DNA from: Tubiluchus corallicola
Lineage: Eukaryota; Animalia; Priapulida
Assembly (NCBI GenBank): GCA_030141605.1
Contig: JAQGDQ010000059.1
Coordinates: 434,001 to 498,000, forward strand
Length of the DNA: 64,000 nucleotides
Direction of reading: 5' to 3'
In this document: in pieces, positions 26,201 through 40,792 of the stretch
How positions within the stretch are numbered: position 1 is the stretch's first letter
Layout: each line of letters starts with the position of its first letter
Program-made: the position numbers and the translations under genes
The notes under the pieces: generated by a model
Told to the model about the DNA's origin: nothing
The model's input: the letters and a program-made list of their open reading frames with translations, nothing else
The model's database searches: none

Positions 26201-28736
26201 AATAAGCATTAAATTTCACTTTGGCTTTTTATAAAGTACCAATTTACTACATGTACAGTTATACAAATGAGAAGATGGGTCTTGAATGAAAAGCACAGAA
26301 AAGCACACACCATTAATAAAAAAGGTAGGTAAAACTTAGGCTTTACTTATTCTATTGCTTCATTCTATTGCTAGGCTTTTAAGCTGCTACTGTGAATGAA
26401 TTTGGAAAATAGTTGTGATTTTTATTGTCAAGTCCAACAGTAGATGGCGCACTAAGGTGGCTAGTAGAATATAGACTGCGATCCCTGTATGTTTACCAAA
26501 GGTAAATATAAAGGTACACAAAGTAGAATACGGCTCTAGTAGAATATATAGGCACTACGTATAATACATGTAAAATCAAGAGTAGAAGTCTAGAGTTTAG
26601 AATAGTTGAATTTAATTATAGTGTACTTAAGTTGAATCAAATCCAGAAGCTTTCAGAGTAGTATATTAATTACTATATGAGAACAGGCATTTGTGATTTC
26701 CTGTGAATCAAAGGAAAACTAAACCGTATGCTACAGAACACGTAACACACATTGAGGCGATAACTGTGTCGGCAATGGCGGTGTGGCAAACCGTTTGTCA
26801 GCTTTAGTCAGTCTGCCACTTGCACTGTGTTTTAATTTGATGGCACATATTTTTAGCACATTTTAGCACGTTGGTGGTTAAATTACGTAAATGATTAGTG
26901 TCGGAAGCTAAAAATCGCGTTTATTAGTAAAAATTTGGTAACTCGCTTTTTCAGTTTTTAAGAGCTTTTTCTTGCTCTGATTTGATGTGTCACAAGATGC
27001 TGTAAATAAGTTCCCAAGTTTGGCGACTTGTGATGTTTGGCGGTGCATGATTTCTGGCTGGTCAAAATTTGGCAATGTTGAAATTCTTCTATCAGGGCGT
27101 TTTTTATGATGTAAGCCTGTAGAAATATTGTCTACATTTATTGTAAAAGTGCGAAATAAAAATTACAAACCGCGTCTAAATTATAGAAATTAAAATTTAC
27201 AACCAGAAAGTGTAACCCGCTAGCCGAAGTAGGACACTTCCGGTAAAACGCATGTGCTAAATTTGCGGAAAAGCAGTGTTGTACATGGGTAGCCCAAGTA
27301 GGGCACTAGCGATTTCTGTCAAGAATCGAGATCTATGACATAATAAAACATAAAACTAAATTTGTTTTAGAAAAAAAGTAACTTTATAATAACGATGTAT
27401 AGTCCTTGACAATTTACTTTTTACAACAATATCATCATTATTAATAATTATCCATTAATAATTATCGTCATAACATTAAACTAAGTGTCTAATGGTTTAA
27501 AGAGAGCAACTATGCAGGGCACATAACTCGCTAACCCTTTTACTTAGTAGAAAATAATTATTTGTCCAAGAGGGAGTGAAAAGGACCACCTGTCTGTGAA
27601 GCAAGGCAAAATAAAAAATGATATCCCTTAAGCAATGTTGGAATCGCCTAAAAAGTGCACTTATTTCACTTCAAAGAAGATTAATATTGGCAAAATTATA
27701 CTAACTCAGAATAAAATTCGTTCATTTTTTATCAGATGTATAATAAATTATTCAACGTGTATTGAGTATTGACGTGCTTAATTATTATTATTACATAAAC
27801 AAGGATAACGGACGGTGCTAGTATGCTTAACGACTCAATTCGCGACCTGTCTCTAGTGTCCTACTTGGGCAGCCCATGTACGACGCGTCCTACTTGGGCT
27901 AGCCCATGTACGCCAATTGTCCTACTTCGGCTAGTGGGTTACTCGGCGCCCAACACAGAGAATAGATATTAGAGATCATAAAAAACAAATAAACAGTGAA
28001 ATAACTGCATAAAAATTATAACTTACAAAGAAATAAATAATGAATTAAAAGACTTTAATGAGCAGTGAATTAAAATGTGAATAAATACGTGAAACAATAT
28101 CGCATACACTCTTGTGAGGCCTTAATGTCATAACTAAAGAATGATATTATTTTGTTATCCAATTAATTTTTATTTTATTAATAACAACAAATAGTCACGA
28201 GCTTCACTAATTTGCTTTTTAATCCTGACCTTATAGAGTGTATGAAGTAATACACAAGTGCTTGACAACTTTTAAACAGTAGTATGACAAAGTATAATCT
28301 TTGTAATGTGCTCTAATGTGCACCATAATTTGTACCAATTTTTGTTTTTTATTTTGCTTGTATTTATACACATACGTACGCACACATACATGTATATATA
28401 ATTGTATTAGTATATAACGCTTATTTTGACATAGATGCTCCTCACTGACCGACGAGAGAAAAGTAAGACAGATTTTCGTACTTTGCTTGACAAGAAAACA
28501 CCGCCTTCCCAACCAATCATTTTTGGGCTAATGTATTATATAACTTACTTAGAACTTGATTTTTTGTTTTCATCCATATTGGCATATATGACCAGAAGAG
28601 CTATGCCCACCACAATGGCACTGATAGCCAAATATAAGCAAAACACGGCGAAATTAATGCAGCATCTTGCAAGCCCAGATAAACGATTGTAAACCAGTTT
28701 CAGGCTTTTATAGCTGAGGAAACACTTGCAACACAT
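23267..28736 (-). CDS. Uncharacterised two-TM membrane protein (~219 aa), 4 coding exons
   Basis: Exons 28736-28549, 25974-25851, 24317-24064 and 23360-23267 have phases 2,0,2, all consistent, totalling 660 nt. Hydrophobic segments FAVFCLYLAISAIVVGIALLVIYA and AIMITGSVIVTVGGVVFILCIVGSCIFY are followed by basic RKLR and a polar tail ending ..DENPSYEAEDITSQVGEAQNYNRPLPTTEL*. Confidence 0.72.
24495..24720. repeat. Inverted pair of tRNA-derived SINE-like fragments (arms ~24495-24583 and ~24630-24720)
   Basis: The arms are imperfect reverse complements (AATAAGCCCACAA..GATTTGAACCAG versus CTGGTTCAAAT..TTGTGGGTTTATT). Both contain the B-box-like GGTTCAAAT also seen at 35282. Confidence 0.65.
27212..27942. 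mobile_element. MITE-like non-autonomous DNA transposon, ~730 bp
   Basis: 25-bp terminal inverted repeats GTAACCCGCTAGCCGAAGTAGGACA / TGTCCTACTTCGGCTAGTGGGTTAC (1 mismatch), subterminal repeats of GTACATGGG(C)TAGCCCAAGTAGG at both ends, and an AT-rich non-coding interior. Confidence 0.8.
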
Positions 28737-28870
28737 CCTGCCTGCATGCGGAAAGAATGTCCATGCACTAGTTTATGCCTGTGTAACAAAGTAACAATGT
28801 GAAAAATTAGTAACAAGTTTTAGTCTCAGGTAAAATAGATCTACGTTAATAAGCACGATAGGAGCGCCAC

Positions 28871-30228
28871 ATTGCAGTCTTCGTTTTTGCAAATGTGTAT
28901 GAAAGATTTCTGCCATTGAAAAATTATATCAGTGATTATAATAAATAACCATAATAAATAAGCCGAGAGAGAATTAGCTACTGACGTAAAAAAATTTAGC
29001 AAATACAACTCTAGATTTGAGGGATGATGCATCGTGGCAGTGGCAGTGGACACGAATGCATGGTATCACCAGGTGGGACATGCCATGCTTTTAGAACATA
29101 GCAGCACCTAGACGGCGACGAATGAATAAATAATCATTATATTCAACGGTTACGTCAGCGCTAAATGAGTTCGCGAACCGAGTTACTTAATTTTGAAAAG
29201 CTAATTTTTAGATGTAAGAAACACATTAGCAAATAATAGGCAACAAACTTTATTGTGTAGACCATAGGGCAAAACTGAGCGATGTAAAAAAACGTACTGT
29301 TTCCCATTCCTCTATAAACAATTTGTCTCTTATTCACTAAAATATGTAATTTATTATATGAGCAATTATTATTTTATATTTCTATATTAACCATATGGGT
29401 TATAGGCCTAATGAGTTAGATATAAATATACCCACCTTTAATAGACTCGCTGATCCAGAAGACGCGTGCTGCACATATTTTCTTATATGAGCTTATAAGA
29501 TTTCACAAGTTTGCATATGGGGCAAAGTCTATACTTTTTGTACATATACGTTTCACCGCCCAAATATCGACTGTGCCATAAATTAGATCCCTTTTAGAAT
29601 ATGATTGCTATTTTTGCCGAAATAAATTACATCTACAAAGAGTATTTATAAAAAATAACCAAAATAGACGTGTCCCTAGTGTGAAATGGCCATTCTAGAA
29701 TCGCACTAAAAGATAATTTCTCGAAATGTGATTACTACTTAAAAGCAAGCTTATAATATTGAAGAGATCTATAATATATCTGTGTCATAAATATTATGGT
29801 TTCTATTATTGCAGCTGTAAGTAAATTGCAACTGTTTCTTGTGTTACTGAAATACTGAAATAACTTTGGCACAATGCTATGTACTTTTAAATGTTTGAAA
29901 TAAGCTTAAAATAAACAATAATAAATACAGGAAACACACTTGCGTTATATTTGTTAAAATCATAGTTTTAGAAGTTTTACATAACTAAATTATTTAAGTT
30001 ACATTTATGTTTTACTACATTATTACAGTGTGCGTAAAGAATGTCTATGCACAAGTTTATTCCTCGTGTAACAAATTAACAAGGTAATAATTAGCAACAA
30101 GTTTCGGTCTAATGTAAAATAGGTTTATGTTAGCAAGCATTGTAAGAGAGCCCTATTGCAGTCTTCGTTTTCGCAAACGTGTATGTCAAATTTCTGCCAT
30201 TGGAAAATTCTATCAGTGATTATAATAA
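28871..30228 (+). repeat. Dispersed ~75-bp direct repeat (copies at ~28871-28945 and ~30155-30228)
   Basis: ATTGCAGTCTTCGTTTT..GCAAA.GTGTATG..A.ATTTCTGCCATTG.AAAATT.TATCAGTGATTATAATAAA occurs twice. Confidence 0.75.
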
Positions 30229-31660
30229 AAAATCAGTTGAACTATATCCAATGGAATTTTAATCCATTTACATGTGTGCATGAAAACCTTCGTAAAAAAG
30301 TATATGCGGTATTAGTACAGCTACTTACTGCGCATTTGTGCGCAAGTTTTTGTATAACCAGCAACAGCAACACAAAACTAGCAGCCACGGCTGATCTGAA
30401 CATCCTGACTATTAACTAAACTGCTGTTTACTGCCAGAAACTTAAGATTCTGCAACGTGACTGCAAGTACTGATTGTGGAAAATCTTTCCTGACTTCTCT
30501 ATGTTTCAATGTCTTTGACGCTATTGCTGAAATCGTCAAGCTTGATTATCTGGGAAATGCATTTCCTTTCCATGAACTTGTCACTTTTTGTTGTGGAATC
30601 TGCAATTCCACGAGTATAATTGTATAGCTGCAACTTTGCCCACTAAGTGAATGTAATTGCGCGTTCAGACGAAGACATTCACTTGTGCTCGCAACTTGTT
30701 GTACTCTCTGAGAGCAAAGTTGTAACGTGTGAAGTGATCCACATTCCAATAATGACGATGACATGGAGGTACAGATGTCAGCACAACATCCTCACTGGGA
30801 GAACATGGTAGCGTGAATGCCATCCAGAGGATGTATAACAGGTCGACAAGAGGAATCCGAAGAGATCAGTGAGTGAGAGGTGGAGAAGTTGATGTTTCAT
30901 CAAGAAATTCAATCTGCTACACCACTCTTATAAAAATTTGTAAGTAATTTCGTGTTGTATTTTATGTAAAAATCAATTTGTCAGTTAGAAAAATTTTATA
31001 AAAGAAGCACTGTGAAAACTAGTATTCACTAGAGACGTGAGAAGGTATAATTATGAAACCTGTTGCATATTAGTCACTTTTTGGCATTAGTAGCTTGTTG
31101 TTGTCCACGTTCAAATATTTTTGGTTGCATACTCCCATGCATAGCATAATTCCTTCCTCCCTATCCCCCTCCCTCTCATTCTCTCTAAAGCCTGAATAAT
31201 ACTTTTTAAGGCATTCTCTTATAATATGCACATCACTGAAAACTACAATGCGAATAGTAGGTAGCAGCACCGGCGTATAAGAGTAATTAAAGAACTACAA
31301 CAAGTTGCAGAAAGATGTCAGCACAATGTAATCCTGGTTAGGTAGAAGAAAGTGCTCAGTAGAAATAGCTTGAAAACTTGGCTTCTTCTTAACACAGTGC
31401 TTTCTGTCTTTTTTTCTACCGTACTCTATCCCGCTCTTTCTCCCTTCTCTCTCTCTGATTTATTAACGTATGTTTTTTCGCCACTCCTTTTCTACTAAAG
31501 TAAGAATATTATTGTAAATTGTCTGTAAATTATGTTTCAAGGGAATAAATAAATCTGAATGAAATCTGACTCGCTGTCCACAAAAGCATCCCCTTGCCTT
31601 GTTTTTTCTATCAGTGATCGCTTCGTTCCCATGTATAACCTATTTCTTTCCTCCCTACTT

Positions 31661-31799
<139 letters not shown>

Positions 31800-32957
31800 T
31801 TTTCTTGTTCCCTTGCTTTCCTCCTCTTTTTCTCTTTCTGCCATTCTTATAAAACCAAACTCTGGTGTATAGTATACTGATTTCTTTCTTCTTGCGATAA
31901 GGACAGTGACCTTAGCTCCAGCAAACCAACTTTTTGTTTGATGTTAGTTAACGAAAACTTATGTTCCAAAACTTAACACTCATTAAGTAGTGTATGAGAA
32001 CACAAAATCTGATAAAATGATATGCTGGCCAGTCACTTTCTAAGAAATTGCTTGTGGTCTATGGTATTTGCCTGCAAATTTCCAACGAAACTGATTATGG
32101 CGATTAAATGATTAGTAAATTTTATTACAGTACGCTTATTCGACTTTAAGTCTTTGACTGGTAGTGTTTTACATTAATCGTGACATTGATTTACCACCTT
32201 AATTACACCAAGTACTTAAATTACCTAGATTATTATGTCGGGCGTGGTTTTTGTTTGTTGTATTTCAGTTGATTGTCTGTATGATTATATGTAATTATAA
32301 TTTACTAACTTACTTATTAAACTTTAACGGTAATTTACCAAACTTTAACGGTAATTTAAAAACCTACCACTGAACACAGAAAAGAGATAGTTTAAGCATG
32401 TATTTCTATTTTTATGATTAACATCAGCTGATGACTTTTCGTCCAAACGCTGTTATCTAGTGTAGGCAAAATTTTAATGTAAGTTAAAAGAAATTTGCCC
32501 GCAAGACAAATAAACACAGCAGTTAATCCATAAAACACTAGACACTGCTAGACAAGTCACTGGCAAAGCAATATTAAAGAACATCATACTATAGTTTTCT
32601 TTCATTTTTGTCTGCAAATGGCAGTGGAGGCGAATATTCACAAAAAGACATGTAGCTGAAAAACGAATACTGTCATCTGAACTGCACTGCCATTTGCAAA
32701 CTATTCACAAAACGAGAACTATCAAAAACGTTGCTGTAATCATTTTCTAAAACATATTTCACAGTTACCTAAAAATGTGAATAAGAATGTCTTCAATGGT
32801 TACTACGAAGTTACTGTTTCTTGTAGAATATCTGCATCCTCTCCTGCCTTCTTGTATTCCTCAGCTTCAGGGGTGCCAGCATATTAACACTCCAAGATGC
32901 TATACTTGAAGAAGTCAAAGACCAGTTTTGACAACAAAGCTTCGAGATCCTTCCATA

Positions 32958-33110
32958 GTCATCATCGAGCAGGTTATTCTCCCGTTGACCTCTGCGTTGA
33001 CATCGGCGGCCTCATCAGTGTATATCTGAGCATGTCATCATCAAGCAGCAGTTAAGTTATTCTCCCATTGACCTCTGCGTTGACATCGGCGGCCTCACCA
33101 GTCTATATCT
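32958..33110. repeat. Tandem duplication of a ~76-84-bp unit (2 copies)
   Basis: GTCATCATC.AGCAG..GTTATTCTCCC.TTGACCTCTGCGTTGACATCGGCGGCCTCA.CAGT.TATATCT is repeated. Confidence 0.85.
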
Positions 33111-35230
33111 AACGTGCCTTTTTATCTATACCTCAAAAATCAAACTGTAACCAGACAATTAAGTAACAAAATATCAGATTTAATGACACAATGACAGATT
33201 TAATGGCATTTGCAAACAATGACAATTAGTAATAAGCAAAATTGAAACCGAGAACGCTATTAAACAGCATGGCATAAAATAAATGCAACGACAAAAACAT
33301 ACAAAAATCATACAGTGTTCCTGACTACTTTAAAGGGGTTCCTAGTTATTCTACCAGACACCACAAAACGAGCATGCTAGCATATTATCTTCTCCACACA
33401 GGTGTAGTTCGTGGTCGTAGTCATTTAGAGTGACTAAAGTATGGCGCAGACTTCATGTAATGGGCTCACGACCACCACAGTAACGACGCAAAAAGTTTGA
33501 AAGAAATGTAGTCCTTTCGCTAAACGTTTTAACGTAAGTCTATCAAAAGAGTGACGTGTGAACGGACCTGTTACCACACGTGCGTTCGGACGTACACATC
33601 AAAAACAAGTTCTCCCCCTGGCGCCCATTAACGATAACGTAAATAAACAAGTACCTTTGCTTTCCGGTTTATTGGCACAAAGTCCCTACCCAAGCAGAGT
33701 CGACCCGTGCGATGCACTATCGAGCTGGGCACCGCTCCAACTCCCTTTATATATATAAAGGGGTGCCTAAACCAAGGGCTTGGGCTAGGTGTCAATCAAT
33801 CCCGAGCCAACCTATACCATTCAATTCATTTCTTTGAGATTTTTCATTTGATGTACTACCAGCTATTGTTAATCTGCACTTGAAAAACGTCTGCCCAACT
33901 CTCATTTTTAACTTTTCACGCCTAGCAAAAATTTTCTCCACATTTAAATGGCCCAGATATACCTGTGGGTAAGACCTCAACAACACGTAGCTATGTGCCA
34001 AAAAATATGGCCGTAGTCAAAAGTCCATATGCATATAAGTGTGTCTGTCCTACACCTTCAGCGTAACACCAAATGCTGTGGTGCACAAAAGAATTAGCAT
34101 GGTCCGGGAAGATTTTGGGCTAATGCCTATTTAGGTCACTGGCCTAGGCCAATATGGCATCCTAAATAGCAGTATGTCACAAAAATCTAGGAGTGTTTGG
34201 CAAAGGTCAATTTAGATTGCCGCCGTTCAAAACCACACTCGCTGTGCGAATAGACCCAGCTAATTAGCGTGTTACTATGACTTGAATAAACTGTCTGTAG
34301 AAAGTAGAATGCATTGTCGCATGTAAATGACCTTACGTAGGATTATAGCCAATGAGCACATACTTATGAACAGCGTGGCTTCAGCGTAAAAGGTCCATGA
34401 CTTCGAGGAAAGGGGCAGAGTATAAAAGAGTTATATTTTCACACAAGAGTGTTGCAATTTTGTTTCTTCCAGCTGACCTGGTTCCAAGCGAATATAAAAA
34501 AAAATTTGTTTTGACGCGGGCTTGCAATAACTGAAAACCATAATTCTATCAAATCCTGCAGCGTCCCGTGCCGTCGGGTTGGTTTATTGAATGACGGGTA
34601 CCAAGAAACAGTAAAACTCAGTAAAAGTCGAGATTTTATTGGAAAGTTCAAACATACTTGATGCCTTGGTGCTACTTTCAAACAAGCATCGAAATTCTTT
34701 CGCTTTTGGACAAGTTCCTGCTTTTCATTTTTAAACTTACTAAGAGAATTTATTTTCCTGTTTTTTATTAATAATTTCACAAAGCAATGCTAAGAACTTA
34801 ACTATGTACTACTTAAAAATAGGTAGCTTATATAATGCGAAATTTTTTTCTATATTGAACTGGATTTATCGAGCAAATTTCACTTGTTTCTTTCATTTCA
34901 ACAAATTAAAAAGACGAATTCATTTGATTTTCTTAAAGTGAAAGTAGTACTGAAATCGCTGTGTCGACTTATAATCATATGTGCACGTGATGGAACAAAC
35001 ATAATTGTTTATTCCACGTGATGCAATAATTAATTAAATTTTGATACCAAACTCGGCAGACAGGAAATTTGAAAGTAATTAATTAATTATTTGTTATCTT
35101 AATGTCAGTATTTCAGGCTCAAAATTAATCATATAAAAATCAATTAGAATTGCTCAAGTCCTAACATTGAAGATGCTGAAATGGTTGACCAGCTATTAGG
35201 GATGAACTTTTTACTGACATGATCAACGGA

Positions 35231-35303
35231 AACACAGTAACTTAGCGACTATGGCGTCGGCCTTGTATGCCGAACGTTCCTGGTTCAAATCCTGGCTGTG
35301 TTT
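35231..35303 (+). pseudogene. tRNA-like sequence (anticodon TGT, Thr-like); probable SINE head or tRNA pseudogene
   Basis: It folds as AACACAG/CTGTGTT acceptor stem, TCGGC-CTTGTAT-GCCGA anticodon arm and CCTGG-TTCAAAT-CCTGG T arm (1 mismatch). The D arm is decayed. The 3' part matches the repeat arms at 24495-24720. Confidence 0.6.
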
Positions 35304-36942
35304 CAACTTTCCACATTTCCTCCGTTTCGGGTTGGGTATGAAAGTTTAATTAACTGCGAATTTGTTTCATCATTAATGATAATCTGGACATTAAGATTAT
35401 AAATAATTGATATGCACAAATTTTTCTAAATTTACGAAATGGAAAGGACACATTATAAACAAAGACGAAAATATGCAAATGCGTGAGTAGGTGCGCGAGT
35501 GAGCGAATGAAGGACGATGGGTATAAGTAAGTAGATGGGTGAGTAGCTAAGTAGGTAGGTTGATAGGTAGGTAGCTAGACCACGAAACATGCACAGACAT
35601 AACCAACATACAAAAATACACAGAAAATGCACATGAAAAATTACTGCATCAATTAAGCAACGTGTAAAAATTCAACATCGAGCAAATGGTATTAAGCTAC
35701 AAAGTGTTTGATTTTGTTCTTACATGTTCTGAATACAATTACAATTCACGTTAGCGTTCGATATTTTGACCCTTTGTTTTTATAAAAGGCGCCTTTAGCT
35801 ACTATAAGATTAATTATATTCCTACCATTTGTTTGGTTTTTAACTTTTTATGGCTTTTCTTTGACGTCAGAGCTGTCAAAAACTCTTTAAGATCAAGTAA
35901 TTTGCTACAAGTCCCGAAGCGGTTTTCTTTCAGTCTTCATGCAAAAACTATGCAACATGCGTCACCTATGCGTTTGAAACCAACTTTAAAATGGTTTTTA
36001 AACTCGTTAAAGTGTTTTGTTTATAAATTCAAAACTGTTTTAGTAGATGTTGCTTTGCAGTCGTTAGGATAAAACTGAGTACAACGAAGCAGAATTGACT
36101 GAGTATTGGCTTTCACTTGTGCCTATATTCTGCGACATCTATACATAATAAGCAATGCTCAAAAACGGGATGCACATTGTCTGAACCTATGTAAGCGCGA
36201 AATTGTAAAATATATATATATATGTATATATTTTAAATTCAAATAATTTTTCTAAGTAACGAAAAGGCTGATAAATAATCAGTTAGTAAACATATATAAA
36301 CTATTTTTCAACAATATGGCGCAATTTTAAACGCAATAGCAAAACGTTTTGAATCAAGGAACTGGTATTCTGCTCTATATTGCTCTATATTTTCAATGAG
36401 CCGCTCTAATTTTGCGGTACTCATTCTAATCCTATAAGTTGAGAACAATTATTCAGGAAGAGCTCTGCCATATTGCCATATTTACCCTATTTCGTTATGT
36501 ATTGTAAGATTTTACAAAAAATTGCAACACTATTCTTAAATAAAGCCTAAAAGATTAGTCTTGAAGAAATTTTTCATCATTACACGCTGCTTTATTGCAT
36601 TCAGGGCCTGCTTTAGTAGTAACGCTATATAAAACTAAACTAATTAAACTCCCGCGATGCCCGTTGGTCGTTGCCATTTTAATGGCAAGTCATTTCTAAC
36701 AAGTTTAGACAACATTGCACAAAGTTTCAAAAATAATCGAAGCATTCGTAGCACTTCGAAGCAAAAGTTTAAATTACTTTTTTCTTTCTGTAAGATCAAC
36801 TGTACATATTCTGGTGGATCAGTGATGCACACCGGGATGGCGATTCAGTGCCGTTTTACCAGATGGCGCGAGTATTTTAAACTATTTACAATTTACTTTT
36901 CCATTTGCACAAGTCTTTCAAACAGGTAAGCGTAGTGCTAAG

Positions 36943-37183
<241 letters not shown>

Positions 37184-37726
37184 AAACGCTTTATTTCACA
37201 AACACAAATCAACATAAGTACGGTTAACAAATCACAAACTTAGGTAAATGACGCATACAGGAACACGTCCCTACAAATTCAGGATTCTTTTAAAGCGTAG
37301 TTGAACAAAAAATACAATACAAAATACAAAAATACAATACAGATGTATCACAGCACAAGTTGACTGGCATACATTAATTCTTAGCAAAATTAAATCGCAC
37401 CTCTTAATTTAGAATCGCGAGTAGCTGAAATTTTATTAACAGTTTAATTAACAGTTTCTTAACTTCACATCTCCACTCTTGTTTAAAAATATAAACTGAT
37501 CGATATCACACGTGGTTGTGAATTCGGGAAAACAGCAGATGTTTGGCTTAAGAACCAAAATTCTAATACAAAACACAATAAAAATAAAATTTAGCATGAA
37601 TTTATCAAAGAAATGATGTGCGTGGGTTTTGAAGTCTGTTTCAAACATTCGTTGGTCAAGTATGTTTCAAGCAAGGTTTCTGGGGCTATTTTTGGCGATA
37701 ATTAGACCAAAATTCTTAAGTAAAAC

Positions 37727-37728
<2 letters not shown>

Positions 37729-37774
<46 letters not shown>
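37729..37774. repeat. (GA)n microsatellite
   Basis: Directly visible. Confidence 0.95.
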
Positions 37775-37776
<2 letters not shown>

Positions 37777-40231
37777 CAAAAGAGTTAATGCAGTATAAGT
37801 CTCATGGGAGTTTATTGCAAGTAGGATAAGTGAAACTACATATTCACTTCACTGGTAGAATTGAAATCATTTCACTAATTTGGAGTAATCTCGAGGGTGT
37901 GAAATTCATGACATTCGCAAGTGAGTCTTCAGTTAATCAAAGTGCATTAGGTATGCATAACTTGTACCCGAGACGGTTAGGACATTGGCCAGGGCAGACT
38001 CATTCTGGTTGTGCATCCCTTTCGGTATCTGTTGTTTTACTTTTGAAAAGAATTTTAATTATATTAGTTTGCGTTAGGCGTGAAATTTGAGAGAGGACCT
38101 TAGACCATGCTTAAGACTGGAGACAACTATCTTTATATTGTTCAAGTTCGTGTAGAGGTTCGCCAATAGCTTCATTAGATGTGCAGGACTTTCTATCAAT
38201 AGATCTAATTAAGTGTAACATTTTAGCTGCCGCACTGGTCACTAGGTTGGTGAGTGATTTGGGAAAGCTTATAAGTTTCCATTTCAGCTGAAGACGAAGA
38301 CGAAATAAAAATTTCATCCCATTCGCAGTCATTATGAATTAGCTTAAGTGAAACAATAAAGTAATCCCAGATCAAGTTTTGATGTTTTCAATATTGTTCG
38401 GACGGTCCTGTTAGAACACACTAAAAACGTGTACTCTGACGTGTTTAATTATAGTCTACACAATAGCGTTTGAAAAAGAGTAGGGCCTAAAGTCAAACTA
38501 TAATCAGCGCAGAATAGCCCTGCTTTAGAGAACGCCATAAAACCTACAAAAGACCATGTAGTTTAGCAAGCAAAGTAGCAAAATGCGCAATGGGCTAAAA
38601 CTAATAAGTCCGTGAACAACGAATGTGTAATATAATAAATTTTAGTAAACTAAGGTTACGCTCTTTTACTTGTAAAACCTATACAGGGTCAGATCTTGAT
38701 ACTTTTATACAACTTATACGATTATCCTAAATAGTAACTCCTAAGATCTAGCAAATTTCGAGTAGATTTACTGTGAAAATACTGCTAGAAGGTATCATTT
38801 ATGTCAAAGAGAAGCTCTGTAACTTTTAAGATCATCCAGAAAAGAACCATTACCTGCAAATTCTTTAATAAAACTAAAATGACAAGTCAAAAACGCATCA
38901 AAATTTTACAGAATAACAATGGATATAAACTCTAGATTAAGTCAGGGCTATTTTCTAAGTTATGTATACAAAAAAATCGAAAGCTGAGTTTCTTTTTCAT
39001 TTAAAAGCGATTGAAAATTTTTTATTTAAATATAAATACATGTATATGTAACGTTTATGTAACTTTGACTTTCATTTTAACAAATATACTTTGAAACGGG
39101 ATTTTGCTTTATATCTGATACAAATAAACTAACCTAGAAGGAACTAAAATGCTAAAAATTTAATGTCATATATTTCAATTCTCTTTGCGGGAGTCATCAA
39201 CAAACGAAACTTCACCGCATCTTGAGCACGTTTAAAATAGGTGACATTGAGGTAGAAAAATATTTTTATCATAAGAAATGTATAATGAGTCATAAACAGG
39301 CTGCTATTCTGTTATTTTAAGTCATGTCCATGATCTGTAAGATTTGCTGGAGGTGATGAATAATTTTTTCTCCTTTTCAACTCATGAACTTTAATAGTAT
39401 CAATGCTTTCGGATAGACATGCCCATATTTTCTAGAGAAAAAATCAGAAAAACTGGTTCCTGAGTTTGAAAGTAAAAGTGTCTGCTAATCGTCTTGGTTT
39501 GGATAACCTCCTTATTTTTACCAACTTTCACTTTTGTCCTCAATTCTTTTGTAACGCGAGATAATTTTATCTTCTTCGAGTCTAAACTTAGACATTATAC
39601 GGAGGCAGCTTCAAAATTTGAAGAACCATTGGAAACTAGCTATAAAGTGTGTCAGAGAAGTGTGTGGTATACTTGTTACGAACGTTAAATGTTTTAACAC
39701 TGAGAATATTATTAATTATCATTTTGCAAATTTCCTTTAAGATTTTCTTTTCTTGTTTTGAAAATATTTTGTTCCTTTTTTAGGTTTTTGTGAAACCACC
39801 CTTGAACGATTCCCTGGTAAAACTCATTCTCATCTAAATATTTATCCTGGTGTCTGTTACTCGTCATCGCTTTCAAGGTCTTTGGTCGAAGAAAGCGGGG
39901 CGCGATGAAGCTGCCTAAAACACAGGTTTGGCGCGGCCCTACAAATTTTACTGCACCGTGTAACTTATTAACGGTTTCAGCGTTAAGCTCCACATGTTCT
40001 GTTTTTGTAAGCTGCATTTTTTTAAAATTGTGAAAGTTACTTCTCCGAACCAATTTCCAATAGCCTATTTGATTTAACTTAATTGTCCGTTAATTATAAT
40101 GTTAACTTTAAAATGATGTACGGCTTGTAAACGAAAGGCTGAACTCCGGCTTTTTCATTTCTTTCGAAAAAGTTTGATTTCAAAATGTTGCTATTGTGTG
40201 TTTACGCTGTATTGATCGTCCATTGATCGGC

Positions 40232-40384
40232 GAGGAATTTACAGTTCCCACACACTTTAAATACCTTAACCCTAACCTAGCCCTAACCCTATCCCTAACC
40301 CCAACTCTAAGCCTAATCATAACCCTAATCCTAATCCGCTTCACGAACTAATTTCTTATGCGCGGGAATTGTAAATTTTAGCCC
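40232..40384 (-). mobile_element. Short non-autonomous element with subterminal inverted repeats and an internal degenerate (CCCTAA)n, copy A
   Basis: Inverted repeats AATTTACAGTTCCC (40236) / GGGAATTGTAAATT (40364-40377) flank telomere-like repeats. It is homologous in reverse to 53956-54146. Confidence 0.7.
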
Positions 40385-40792
40385 ATGTTTTATTCATCAT
40401 GCAACATCATTTTAAATTTTTTTATTTGTAGCAAACAAGCTTAGAATCTGCAGCAATCGAAGATGATACCCAGAATGAAATGATTGTTGTTATCATCACG
40501 CATTTATGACTTTGATTTTATATTCGTAAAGGTGAAGCTTTTGATCTTAAACGTGGTTTCTGTCATATGTAGCAGCCTTCCTTCCAGGTCATCTGAGGAG
40601 AGGTCTAATATCCCATTACCCGTCACTTTTTTTAATTAATCTATATTTGGGATGTCACTAGCATATCACTTTATTACCTCAGTAGGGCAACACACTGACT
40701 CACTTCTTGATATATCACTCACCCACCCATACATTCGCTCGATAATTTACTTGCTCACCTATCCGAAACTTATTAAATTACATATTTGCCAT

